Of a DNA stretch of 64,000 bases, positions 53,131 through 64,000 are shown piece after piece (the stretch's first letter is position 1; every line of letters starts with the position of its first letter). Source of the stretch: Nageia nagi. Taxonomy: Eukaryota > Plantae > Pinophyta. Under the pieces are notes generated by a model, which saw only the letters and a program-made list of their open reading frames with translations, was not told where the DNA came from and did not search any database. Location: NCBI GenBank assembly GCA_050084985.1, contig JBITNC010000001.1, positions 2,108,001 through 2,172,000 of the forward strand, written 5' to 3'. Both the position numbers and the translations under genes were made by a program.

Positions 53131-54369
53131 CAAATTGATGCAAAATGCCTTGAAATGTGTGCCAAAGGGCATCAATTTTTGTAAATATTTTATTTTTAGC
53201 ATATTTTAATGGGATAAAACTGTTCTCCCACAAAAATGATATTGTAATCTTAATTTAGCATTGAAATTAACAATTTTGAAACTTTTTTAAGAATTAGGGC
53301 AACACCCTCAAATTTTGACCTAAAAAGTCTATAAATAGACCATAGGGGGTCACTTTTGAGGTAAAATGTTTTTAGTGAAAATTTGTGAAAAATTGGCAAA
53401 TTGATATATGCTTGTAATTTTCGTACAAATTTAATACAAAGTGGTGAAATACTTGAAACAAAAAGATTTGTCATTTGTGAGATTGTGGATTTAACCATTT
53501 TGGAGCTTTTTGAGATGATTTAGAATCTTTCACGTTTTTCCTTGAAAATTCCTGAATTTTAGGAAAAATTTCTGAAAATTTTTAAAAGTTTTTGAATCAC
53601 TTCCAAATTGTTGGCTTTTCATAATTTGCGTAGTAAGTGAACGTATTCTCGGCTTTTCTTGTTTCTATGACATCAAATTAGATTTCTTCATTCGAAACGA
53701 AGTTTGTGCGCACTTGTCATGTCATGTCTTTCTTTTGATTGCACCGGTCCTGCTTGCAGAGTATCGACGGTTAGCTCTCCTCCCTGCTTCTCTTAAGAAT
53801 AGATTGAACTTAGATTATTCTACTTTTAGGTTTGGGGACTTTGAATGAGACTTCTTAAATGATCTTGAAGTAAGAGACTTTAGACCCTGCTTCACTGTGA
53901 CCTTTTCTTTGTCATCTCACCAGTATTCGAAACATTCTCGTTCACTTTTCTTTATTTTACATTTTATTTAAACTTATAGCAACTTTCGAACTATTGCAAG
54001 ATAAAACACCTCAGTCCCTACAAAAAAGTGAGTTAATAGTTATTACCTCTACTACACCACTCAGTTGATTCCCAAACAAGACCTACACAAATTTAAAGCT
54101 CGTATTAACGACATGAGCTTTCCGATAGAAACCTTAGGGTATCAGTCCTTACAAGAGGAGTTCAGTAATGCGTTCTCACCTACATGCTGGTTCACTTTCC
54201 CGTCTTGATCGAATGGGTAATCGCCAAGTAAGAGGAAAGGTTTCCTTCCCAGGTATATTGAAATTTTATTATTATATTTTTAAATTTTTTTTTACTTGTA
54301 GTTTTAATTTTTTTTCTTTACTTGTTTTTTAGTTGGATTTTAAAATTTAGTTGTTTTGTAACCTTTCAG

Positions 54370-57300
54370 ATTATTTGACATTCGAGAATCATGGAAAAGA
54401 ACGGGTTGCACCATACTATCTGACAAGTGGACAAATAGAAAGGGTAGAACCGTAATTAATTTTTTGGTGCATTCCAAACAAGGCAAAATATTCATGAAAT
54501 CTCTTGATGCATCCGTACAGGCAAAGGATCACATTTTGCTATGTGACCTATTAGATCAATTTGTGCAAGAGGTGGGGGTGGAGCATGTTGTCCAATTGGT
54601 CATGGAAAACACTACTAACTATGTAGCAGGAAAGGAGCTTATGGAAAGGTATCTTGCATACTTGGAATCCATATGCTTGCCATTGCATTGATCATCTTTT
54701 GGAGGACATAGGGAAATTGGATTGGATGAAGGAGGTGGACGGAGGAGCAACGTCAATCACCAAGTTCATCTATCATCATTCCACTATACTTAGCAAGATG
54801 ACGGGATTCACCAACAACAAGGAGTTGGCATGCCCAGGAGTCACACGATTTGCCTCTCATTTCATGTCTTCAGTTATTGCAGTGGTGCATGCATGAGCTT
54901 CAGGCCATATTTATATCTAGAGAGTGGAGTGCTTCCTCTATGAGTAAGAGGTCATAGGGCATGGCGGTGGTTGCTTTGATAGATAGGTAGGTATTTTGGG
55001 ATAGGATCAGAGAGATTTTTGAAGTGACTGTATCAATTGTACGAGTGCTCTGCTTAGTAGATGGAGATAGGCCTACTATGGGCTATCTGTATAAGGGTAT
55101 GGATAGGGCTAAGGAGGCCATCAAGAGATATTATGAGGACCACTCAAATGATGATAATGAGTATAGTGACAAGTACACTGTCTTTTGGGATCTCATTGAT
55201 CAACTATGGCACAACATGCTCCATTGCGATATTCATGGAGCAAGGGCCATCTTGAACCCTTCCTTATTTTTTGCACCAGGTTCCAATTACATTATTGATC
55301 ATGAGGCTAACATGGGGGCAACAAAATGTATATCCATTATGGTGAATGATCCTTGTTGAGCAAAGTGTTGTCATTGTTGTCAACACACTCAATGGGACCC
55401 AATTGGTGTTGTGATACAGTGTTTAGAGCATGGATAGAGATGTTCAATGATGTTGAAGATGTGTTTGGTGCTCGGTTAAAGTTGATGCAAGTAATTTGTG
55501 CAAATCTGCAAAAATTGCAAAAGTTGTCAAAAAGTTATAAAACTTGCAAAAGTTGTTAAAAAGTTGTTTGGAGCTTATTTAAAGATGTTTGGTGCATGTA
55601 TGGACATGTTCGGTGCTAAGGAAAGTTGTAGTGTTGATTCAGTGTCAGACGGATTTCGATACCATTTTGGACCTCTTGACAATTTCGTTGGAACATGTCA
55701 ATTTCACTTTGATGAGTGTTCGGACAAGACAGATTAGTGTGAAACATATCAGCATGGTGTTTGAGGTGTCAGCTCAGTGTTTGGGATGATTGGAGGCATT
55801 TGCAGTACTTGATCGGACAATTGTATGCTTTGTAACAGGTTGAAAAAGTTACCTAGATACCACTTTGTAGGTGGAATATTAAGAAAATCGTTAAGAGTTA
55901 GACTACAAACTTTTAATTGGAGGTAGTTGGTACTAAGATGTGCATACAGTTCAAATTTTCAAGTCAAACAAACATTTGAGGAAGAAATGGCATGTATTGC
56001 AAAAAGACAATTTCTCACTTTTGGACAGTTTTGTAGAACAATGGTAAAATGGTAAAATCCTTCATGTTTGGTCGCAAATTTCAAAATTTGATGATTGGTT
56101 GATGATCAGCTCATCAAAATGAGCAACTTTACTTTTTGAACCATCTTGATCTGACGTCCCGAGGTATGAGTTTGTGCAAGGTGTCCATACTTTGGCCGTG
56201 AAGTGTTTGACAAAATGTCTCTTTAAAATGTGATGGTTTGGTGTATTTTACATTATTGACAGATACGAATATATGCTATCATATGGCGCGGTTTGTAGAA
56301 AAATCATCTTTATTAAAATTAAGTGGCACAACAAACTAACGACATTTTAGAGGTATACGTGTAAATAGAAATGGCCGACAAACTTATTGAGTTTCTTAAA
56401 GAGAATATAGAGGTGTTTTATTTTTCTTTAAGAGAAGTGCAAGAGTCGGTTACTTTTTTTTTAAAAGGAGAAAGATTTTTATAAGAAAAAGGAGGTACAA
56501 AAAGAAGTGTTTTTTTTTCTCAAGCGAAGAGTGAAAAAGGGATAATAAAGGGTGTCTCATGATTTTGGCTATAACTTTTGATCCGTGATTCCGCTTGAGC
56601 CCGTTCTTTTTCCAGAGCATGCAAAATTTGAAGATTTATAAGTTTGTCATGTATCCCATGGGACATGTCATTGAGAGCTAAAAACGTCATCTTTTAGTAT
56701 GAATTCACAGTTTTGTTGAGCTTGTGGAAAAAGTTTTTGCTGTGTGTGTAGAGAATCAACTTTCAGATTGTTGGAGTGTAGTGGGATTGAGATAGTCAGT
56801 GTAAGAAGAGATTGAAGTTGAGCAAGACCATTCAAGGTCTTCAATAATTGGATTCATTTTTGCTACAACTTTGAGATTTTAACAAGTTGGTGCTTGGCAA
56901 TTGAGGTCGAAGCTCTGTGTAGTGGGAGCTTCAAAATATTTGATTGGTTGGTGCTATCCTCGCAGTGGGTGCTGCGGAAATTTGTAAAAGTCCATCCATT
57001 TTATTTTCGACTGGATTTGGGTGGGAGCCTAAGCAGTCCATTGGCACAGTGGTTTTTCCCACATCGGATTTCCACTACACTATAAATCTTGTGTTATGTG
57101 ATGCATGCTTTTGTGAGTGTGTTTGATTGTTGGATTTTTATAGTTGGTTAAAGTTTTAATTCACATTGATTCCCCCTCGCCCCGCCCCCTCTGCCCCCTC
57201 TCAGTGTCATACATAGATTCCATCATTTGTGGCTGAGTCTTGATGGACCTTGAGAATTACAAGAACTCATTAGGTTTCTTTGGTTATGGTGTTGTTAAAG

Positions 57301-58050
57301 AGTCATGGTTTTTGCTCCATCTAGGTGAGAAAAGTTCAAATTGTTCGTTACACAATGTTTTTAACTTTTTATAGACTATAGTTTATAACTTTATATATTT
57401 AGAATTAAGCTTTTATCAATTTAATGTTTTCTGATTTGATTTATATTTTAGAAATGTGGTTGATGCATTTTGGAGCTGAGGCACATGATTTGCAAAGATT
57501 AACCATCCGCATCCTTAGTCAAACATGTAGTGCTTTAGGATGTGAGTGCAATTGGAGTGCATTTGAAAAAATTCACTCCAAGAAGTGCAATAGGTTAGCA
57601 ATTTGATTCATTTCAGCTTTAAAGATTCAATGGACACTTATTAGTTCTAACTTCTTACTTCTCATTTCTAAATTCTCACTATGGTGAAATTTGTTTAATG
57701 TTAATAGTATGACAATGCAACGGTTACATGACATTGTGTATGTCTATGTCAATTTACGATTATATATGAAGCAATTGGAAAATAAGGATAACCGTGAACA
57801 TGAATCCATACACTTGCCTACCATTGATCCTACATTTAGTGATGCACCTCCATGCAACGTAGAAGAAGATCAAGAGGACTTAGTAAACTAAGAGTTTCGG
57901 GTAGCATGGATTGACTTGGAGAAAGATAGTGATAGACTTGCTAACATGAGCGTGGACTTGTACTAGGAGGAGGTGGAGGATGTAGTTGGTGCTGCTGTGC
58001 ACTTTGATGATCCATTGCCTCCTATGGACTTTGGTGTTGGACCTTTGGAG
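54370..58050 (+). pseudogene. hAT 2 transposase remnant, 5'-deleted, split by a solo LTR; introns 54253-54369, 57325-57451 and 57594-57707
   Basis: SWKRTGCTILSDKWTNRKGRTVINFLV; WNPYACHCIDHLLEDIGK; PGVTRFAS; LVDGDRPTMGYLYKGMDRAKE; IRILSQTCSALGCECNWS; LHDIVYVYVNLRL. Confidence 0.9.
55354..57225 (+). mobile_element. Copia solo LTR (~1.87 kb) related to the LTR at 3497-5475
   Basis: Begins TGTTGAG..AGTGTTGTCATT and ends in a C-rich tract CTCTCAGTGTCA..CATAG..CA, like the 3497-5475 LTR. Interrupts the transposase. Confidence 0.8.
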
Positions 58051-59191
58051 CAGATTGATCGGATAATAGTTCGAGTCAGCTCCTTTCGTATGCGAGGCTG
58101 AGGCCCAGAATATATAGGAGTGCTTTTGGATTGGCACCTCAGGCTCGTTATGCTAGATCTTCACGTTGAGGCCTTCATAGCTGGCATTTGGCACTATTAT
58201 TGTTTTTTATTTAGTGACTTAGCTATTAACTAATTTTTTGTATTGGTTTCCAGTTGGCACTTTGGCACTTAAGTTGGTAGTATGAGACATTAGACTTATA
58301 AGTTATGACTCTAATACACTTTGTAGATGACTTTTTATTTCACATGTTTTCGTATATTGATGTTATGGTTTATGAATATGATATTGTGAATTATGATCCA
58401 CAATCATTTTCTTTAAATTTATGTCATGAATGTGTTGTTGGATGATATGGCCCATATGGGAATGATGTATGGAAATTAAATAAGCATATTCCATAGAAAA
58501 AATAAAAAATTTGCGTTTTTTTTAATTTTCTAATGTAACATGATTTTTTCTCAAATTTGCCATTTCTTTTCCGAATTTGTTCTGAATTTGCCATTTTTTG
58601 TTGTGCGAATTTTACTCGAATTTCTTGTACTTTTTCTGAATATTCTCTGAATTTTAAAATTAATATACTACGGTCATAACACACTTCAATCCAATATGAA
58701 GGTCTAGTGGGTCTATGTTGTATTTAGCAGTTTATCCAATCTTTAGCATCAAAATTTTATTTCTCTTAGCATTGCATTGATGAATAGAGTACCAAGAGGA
58801 AGCAATACTGTCATATTTGGTGAGTTCATTTATGTTGAAATAATGTCTGAACAAGAGGCAAACATCCAAAGTTGAGGCTTCTTTCTCACCTATCCCCTAA
58901 TTTTCTATCCATTAATTCCTTGTGCAAGGATCTTGTGTGGTTATGTCCTGCAATCTCTTGGTAAAAGTAAATTGTGATGGGGCTTCAAAAAGGATTGCAG
59001 GATTTTTAAGGACATGAGTTGGTTGTAGGATAGTTACATGGAAATGGATATCATATCCAGTACGGATATGATTTTTGATACAAATGTGATTTATTTTAAA
59101 AGTTCTTTGATAGAGATGTGATTTCTTTTTTTGTCACTTGTTACCCTCTTCTTCCCTCGATAAAGAAGTGTATAGGTGCAATTTGCTGCAG

Positions 59192-59304
59192 ATCTAGTTG
59201 TTGCAAGTGCTGGAGATGATAAGAAGATATCACTTTGGAGAACAAATGGCCAGAGCATGGGACTAGTGCCTCATTCTGGAGTTGATGGTCCAGATAACAT
59301 TGAT
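59192..59304 (+). CDS. NEDD1: NEDD1 coding exon 2
   Basis: (N)[37 protein letters not shown]; acceptor TGCAG|, donor |GTGAGT, phase 0. Confidence 0.93.
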
Positions 59305-62300
59305 GTGAGTTTTAGATCATTTGAAGCTATAGTACGAATTCCTCTGTTAAGTGTTTTGTCTAAAGCTATTGTAAGGAGTTTAAACTTGGTCAATGGACAT
59401 GTCATCCACTAAGTGGTAGCTTCGTAAGAATATGTAACTTTCACGAGTCAGCATTTTACTGTTTTAGTTCTGAGTGATGTACGCATCTTTTTCATTTCAT
59501 ATCCATTCCTTGCATCTGTCCTGTACTGTTGTGCTTGCTTTTCTTTATTGTTTCAGTTGATTGCAGAAGCATGCATTTTTATATTTTAACAAACTTATTG
59601 TTTATGAATGTTTTGGATTTAGGAGCAACAAAATTGTTTTTATTTGAACACAATCCTTTCAGTTAATATATTGGCAAAAGCTTTAACAAGTTTAGCTTTT
59701 TAACGAGTATAACAACTTCAAATCATACTAACAGAAGCTGAAATCTCACAAAAAGACTGGAATCTTCGTCATTTAGTTAGGTATGGCGTGGAATTTGTCT
59801 TTAAATTCCATAACTGTTGTTTCTTTTTAATGACAATAGCTTAAAGATTTAAATTCATCATTCGATGAAATTTTTTCTGAAAGTATTGCCATTGATTTTG
59901 ACTTTCAATAATGCTTCTGATGTTTGTGCATGTTTACAATATAGAAGAAAGATTTATCCTTTTTAATATTGAGGAAAAGAACTATTTATGCACCTAATAG
60001 AAGTAAAATTATAATGTAGGCCTGAAGAATGCATTAATGCAGTGCAATTAATAAGTGTTCCAGTTAAGTTTAGAGTCTTTAGACTAACAATACATTACGT
60101 TCAGCAGTACTTGCTGTCTCCTTCAAAAGCTTGTGACCTTGACTCTCTCAAGACTCTAAATGAATCCAAACAGACTGACTCAGCCAAAGTCAACTAGGCT
60201 TCCTAAGAATTGATAAAACTCAATTGACATTGAAAAAAATACTTCTTTTGCCCATTTCAATATTGATAGGCAAACACAAGGGCAGGCACCTGGTTGAGGC
60301 CCAAGGATGGACAAATCAACTTTCAGTTTTGTTGATGTTTTATTAGTAAATTTTTACTGTGGGCATGTTCTTAGTGTAATGAATTATCTTTTGATTTTAG
60401 TAGATATTTGTGCGTGCCTTTATAAGATGTATTTTCAATTAAATACTTTGTGAAAGAAAAAGAAAATTTCATTTTGACTATTGGCATTATTTTTATATAG
60501 TCAGTTGTCCCTGAAACTAATGTTTGAGGAATTAAAAAGAACGTATTATTACAAAATTTCATATACAATATGACTTAATTTGTTAAGCCTGATATAAGTC
60601 CAAGTTATCTTGGTCTACTGATCTTGCCAAGTTTCAGCCAGATCCATTTCTGGATATTATGATTTCAAGATTTCTTCAATCACTTCGTTTCTGGCTGTAA
60701 AGCTGAGTATGCTGATCTTTATATGATAAACTGTTGTTTGAATTTCTGTTTTAAGAAAGGTATTAGCAAAACCTTATTACATGCAAAGGGCATTCCAAAT
60801 TTATGCATGAAAACCTATAATTGATTAGTAAATTTTTGCCAACAAGAATGTGGTGCTCATTAGAAACTGTTGTGGGCCTCCATAACACGCCCTTAAATTC
60901 CAGCAAATTTTGGGGACCCACAAATTTTGGTAAGAGAAACCTGCTCAAGTGAAACAACGAAGGGAACAATGTTTCATGATTGGGAGATACTGGAGGGTAG
61001 TACATATGAAAAGTGAAAAAGTGACTCTCTAGAATATGCAGTACAGGAAATTGACTAAGTCCTATCTAGGTGCACGTTTCCAGGGAGACAACATTCATGT
61101 CCCCTCATGGTGAATATAGGCGATCGAGGAAGCAAAACTGACTAAGTACCAAGTATGGCAACACATCTAGAGCCCAAGCACAAATTTGTGAGGAGACATG
61201 GTTCCTGACTCGTTTGGATCTTGTGCCAAGCCAGTCTCCTCCTCAGACGCAATTTTTGATAATGACAAAGATGGTGACTCTCCCCAAATCTGCACCATCC
61301 TTGCATAGTCTCCATCATTGGGCGCAAGGTCTCCAAAAGATAGACAAATGACAAGTTAAAAGCATGTCTCTCCTAGGCACAAATTTGGATTAAGACAAAG
61401 ATAATGACTCTCCCCAAATGTTCAAAAGGCATGCATTCTCCCTATTTGGCATAGATCTTGATCAAGACAAAGTTTCTGTCCCCCAAAAGATTTGCACCAA
61501 GCCTATTACTTCTTCTAGCGTGCATGTTTTAACAAAGACACGATTGACGACCCTCATGAAACATGCACCAAGCCTCCAAATCACATGCCAGTAAAGTCAA
61601 ATCCCTTGTTTTTGAGTAGGTGCGGCCAGATGAAAATGACTAAGTGTTTGAGAAAAGATATTAGTATAATATCCAGGGTCTCATTTTTAAGGGTCGCATG
61701 GATTCAAAAGGACAAGAATATCATTTTTCTACACACAAGACCCCATTGAAATAATTAAGGTGTTTAATGGTTGGGGAGACAAGGTAAAATTATTAAAGTT
61801 GTTTGGTTCATCGCCAGATCTCGACTGCCACTTTTGGAGCCATCCTGGCCATGATGGAATATACTTACTATTTCTAGTAAATCAAAGTTAGGGGTCACCA
61901 ACTTGATGGGTGGACATTATTATTTTGATTAGCCAAGGATGGTTTAATTTATGGTTGATGTTCTTTCATTTGAGAGGACCAATTAATGTTTAATTTTAAA
62001 ATGCTATATATATTAAAGTTAAATTTTAAAATTAAAAAAAAGGGGGGAACTAGGGAGACATAAGGGAATAATAATAAAAAAATAAAAAGAAAGTGCCTAT
62101 GGAAAATAAAAGATGAGGCTTTGACATTAGAAAGGGATGAGAAATAAATAAATATTTTAATAACCCTTTTGGGCACCCACATTGCAGAAGGCAAAATAAA
62201 TAAAAAAAACGTTTGTCATCTTGAAGGGATAACATTTTCATGAGCTTTTAAGAATTGATTTTTCTAAAGAAAGGGAAGAAAAAAAGCGCATGTTTCCAAA

Positions 62301-64000
62301 TAGATAAATAATGTCTTCTTCAAACCTTGCGCTCAAATCCAATACCCCCTTTCATTAACGCATATTTCCAAATAGACAAAAATATGTCCCCCTTGAAAAA
62401 TGCACTCAACTTCAGCGAAGTCAATATCATGCCATGGGGGATATGCAATTCATAGCTACAACAAGAACACATGCAACCATTGTCGTGTAGTACTAGGAAT
62501 GAGGGTTGCAAATATTTTAATAGCGTGAGAGACTTTTATTGCATATTTTTCTACGAGGAGTCAATATATATGTAGTGTTCACCTGCTTAGCCACACAGAG
62601 GGATGCACACTGATTCTATCTTTGTTAAGATGCCTAAAATGTTCTTGTGGGGGTTATGCACACGTCGAAGACTCCCTAGAAGTGGATCTCTATCTTTGTG
62701 ATGGTTACGATTTCCCTGAGAGACATGTAAGCTAAATGAAGAAGAATGAATGAGTCTTGGGAGTTATTTCGCTGGCTGCAAGTGCGATTCATGACTATGA
62801 TAGCTGTGGGGTTTTATGGAGATTATGTAAAGGCAGTTAGTTGGAGCACATAATGCAAAGCTGCATCAACAAACAATGCCACTTTGAAAGACACCTGCAA
62901 ATAGCCGAATCGAGTGACTGAATTAAGAAATTTACACATGGAATGTCGTTGTTTCAAGCTACCAAGGATGTGATTGTCACAGACAAGGGTTGGCAAAATA
63001 TTAATAAGCTTGGCATGAAGGTATCTATAGTCATGACATCGATCAAATAATCAATGGTGGGCTTCATCTGTTAATAGATGTTGATCACAAGCACAAGAGT
63101 ATAGTGACCGTGATCTTCCACGACTTGGTTGTTTCTATTCCGCAACTCTGACACATAATGTATTGGAGGTGATGTCTACAGAATAAACCACGACTATCAT
63201 GAAGAATAAAAGTTGGTGTCATAGTGATACAACATCTGGTGGGATCCATATGATAGTTTGTTCAGCAAGAGTTCTCCAGTTGGTCAATGTTTCAATTCAT
63301 TGGGAAGCCAATGATTATTCATTAGGAGTGCTGGTTTGGTGGGCGTGAGTAGGAAATACTTGTGGAACATGCACTACTCTAATTGCTGTGTGATGAATCA
63401 TTATACATGCATCGTTGATTGTATTAGCCGTGTGGACTATGTTGAGGAAGCTTTGGTCTCCATTGCGAAGACACCCTTTTGTAGTGGATTGAAGTAGACA
63501 AAGGCGTACATGGTTTTTGTAGAAGACATAGTACACCTAGACCTATTGAAAGTTAAAGATAGAGTCAAGATAAGGGGCGAAATTCAAGTGGATAGTAGCA
63601 AAAACATTGTTGATGGAGGACTTGTTATTTTTTTTAAGACTAGTTTTTGTCTCACCTAGTGATGGATAAGTTTTTACTCCCACAAGTGTGAAATAAACTT
63701 TTTCTTTTTATATCATTTTAGTCGTATTTCATTTTATTAGTATTTTATTTTAGTAAATTTCATTTAGATTAGTTGAATTTCAATAAATTTGCACAAACTT
63801 TTTAGGTGAATTATGGTAATAATAGATTAGGGTTTTGAAAGCTATAAATACCTCAAGGGAGCTTATTTGTAGGGGGGGAGGATGATCATTTACTCAAGAA
63901 GGGAGCTATTATGAAATTTGCTAAAACTTTAATACTCTGTTGTATGTGAATATGGTGCATGACTTAAAACAAATCAAGGCTTGCTTCACTTAATGGGATT
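59305..64000 (+). other. NEDD1: NEDD1 intron 2 (incomplete, >4.6 kb)
   Basis: No exon encoding the expected ..SF..KGSRY.CSGG block was seen before the window end. Confidence 0.75.
63622..64000 (+). mobile_element. Possible LTR start (runs off the right edge)
   Basis: Purine tract GATGGAGGAC followed by TGTTAT; CTATAAATA at 63842. Confidence 0.35.

Larger units (their letters stand above)
50488..58672 (+). mobile_element. Second hAT element (8185 bp) carrying internal insertions
   Basis: Perfect 8-bp TSD GTCATAAC (50480-50487 and 58673-58680); TIRs CATAGTATAGTAATT vs CGTAGTATATTAATT; GAATTT subterminal repeats. Confidence 0.93.
36432..59191 (+). other. NEDD1: NEDD1 intron 1, 22,760 bp, GT-AG
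   Basis: The phase-1 join A+AT restores Asn and the continuous conserved WNHTNLVVAS. Confidence 0.9.

Noticed and set aside
59176-59412. 78-aa ORF as a stand-alone gene
   Set aside because: It is NEDD1 exon 2 read through its flanking intron sequence.
60016-60060. EECINAV resembling the start of NEDD1 exon 3
   Set aside because: No phase-0 acceptor at the right place, and the following residues (QLISVPVKF) lack the conserved SF..KGSRY.CSGG block.
60760-63620. Possible TE or gene fragment in intron 2
   Set aside because: Only loose GTCTCCCC-type motifs and short ORFs. No termini, TSD or protein motif I could support, so left unclassified.

Overview
Repeat-dominated plant nuclear DNA that looks like a large gymnosperm (conifer-type) genome; this assignment is inferred from TE content and intron size. 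The only host gene is NEDD1/GCP-WD (+ strand). Coding exon 1 (36284-36431) and exon 2 (59192-59304) are separated by a 22,760-bp intron, and exon 3 was not found in the window. Upstream (1-35.7 kb) is a nest of decayed elements: a Ty1/copia element inside a Tat-group Ty3/gypsy element that carries a 3' accessory ORF, apparently inside an Ogre-like element, which abuts an L1 LINE fragment. Also upstream are a CACTA end and a complete non-autonomous chromovirus-type LTR element with two protease copies and no RT/integrase. Intron 1 contains an LTR fragment, a ~1.3-1.5-kb inverted repeat, 183-bp satellite-like arrays, two hAT elements with TIRs and 8-bp TSDs, and a copia solo LTR. No TE polyprotein is intact. 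I cannot demonstrate a new biological system from sequence alone. The best candidate is a repeated dyad module (inverted 7-8-bp arms, 40-bp spacer, ATCCA at spacer +21). It occurs in two arrays with co-varying arms, next to an uncharacterised retrotransposon accessory ORF that has a distant look-alike at 8.6-10.4 kb. All alignments and identities were done by eye.
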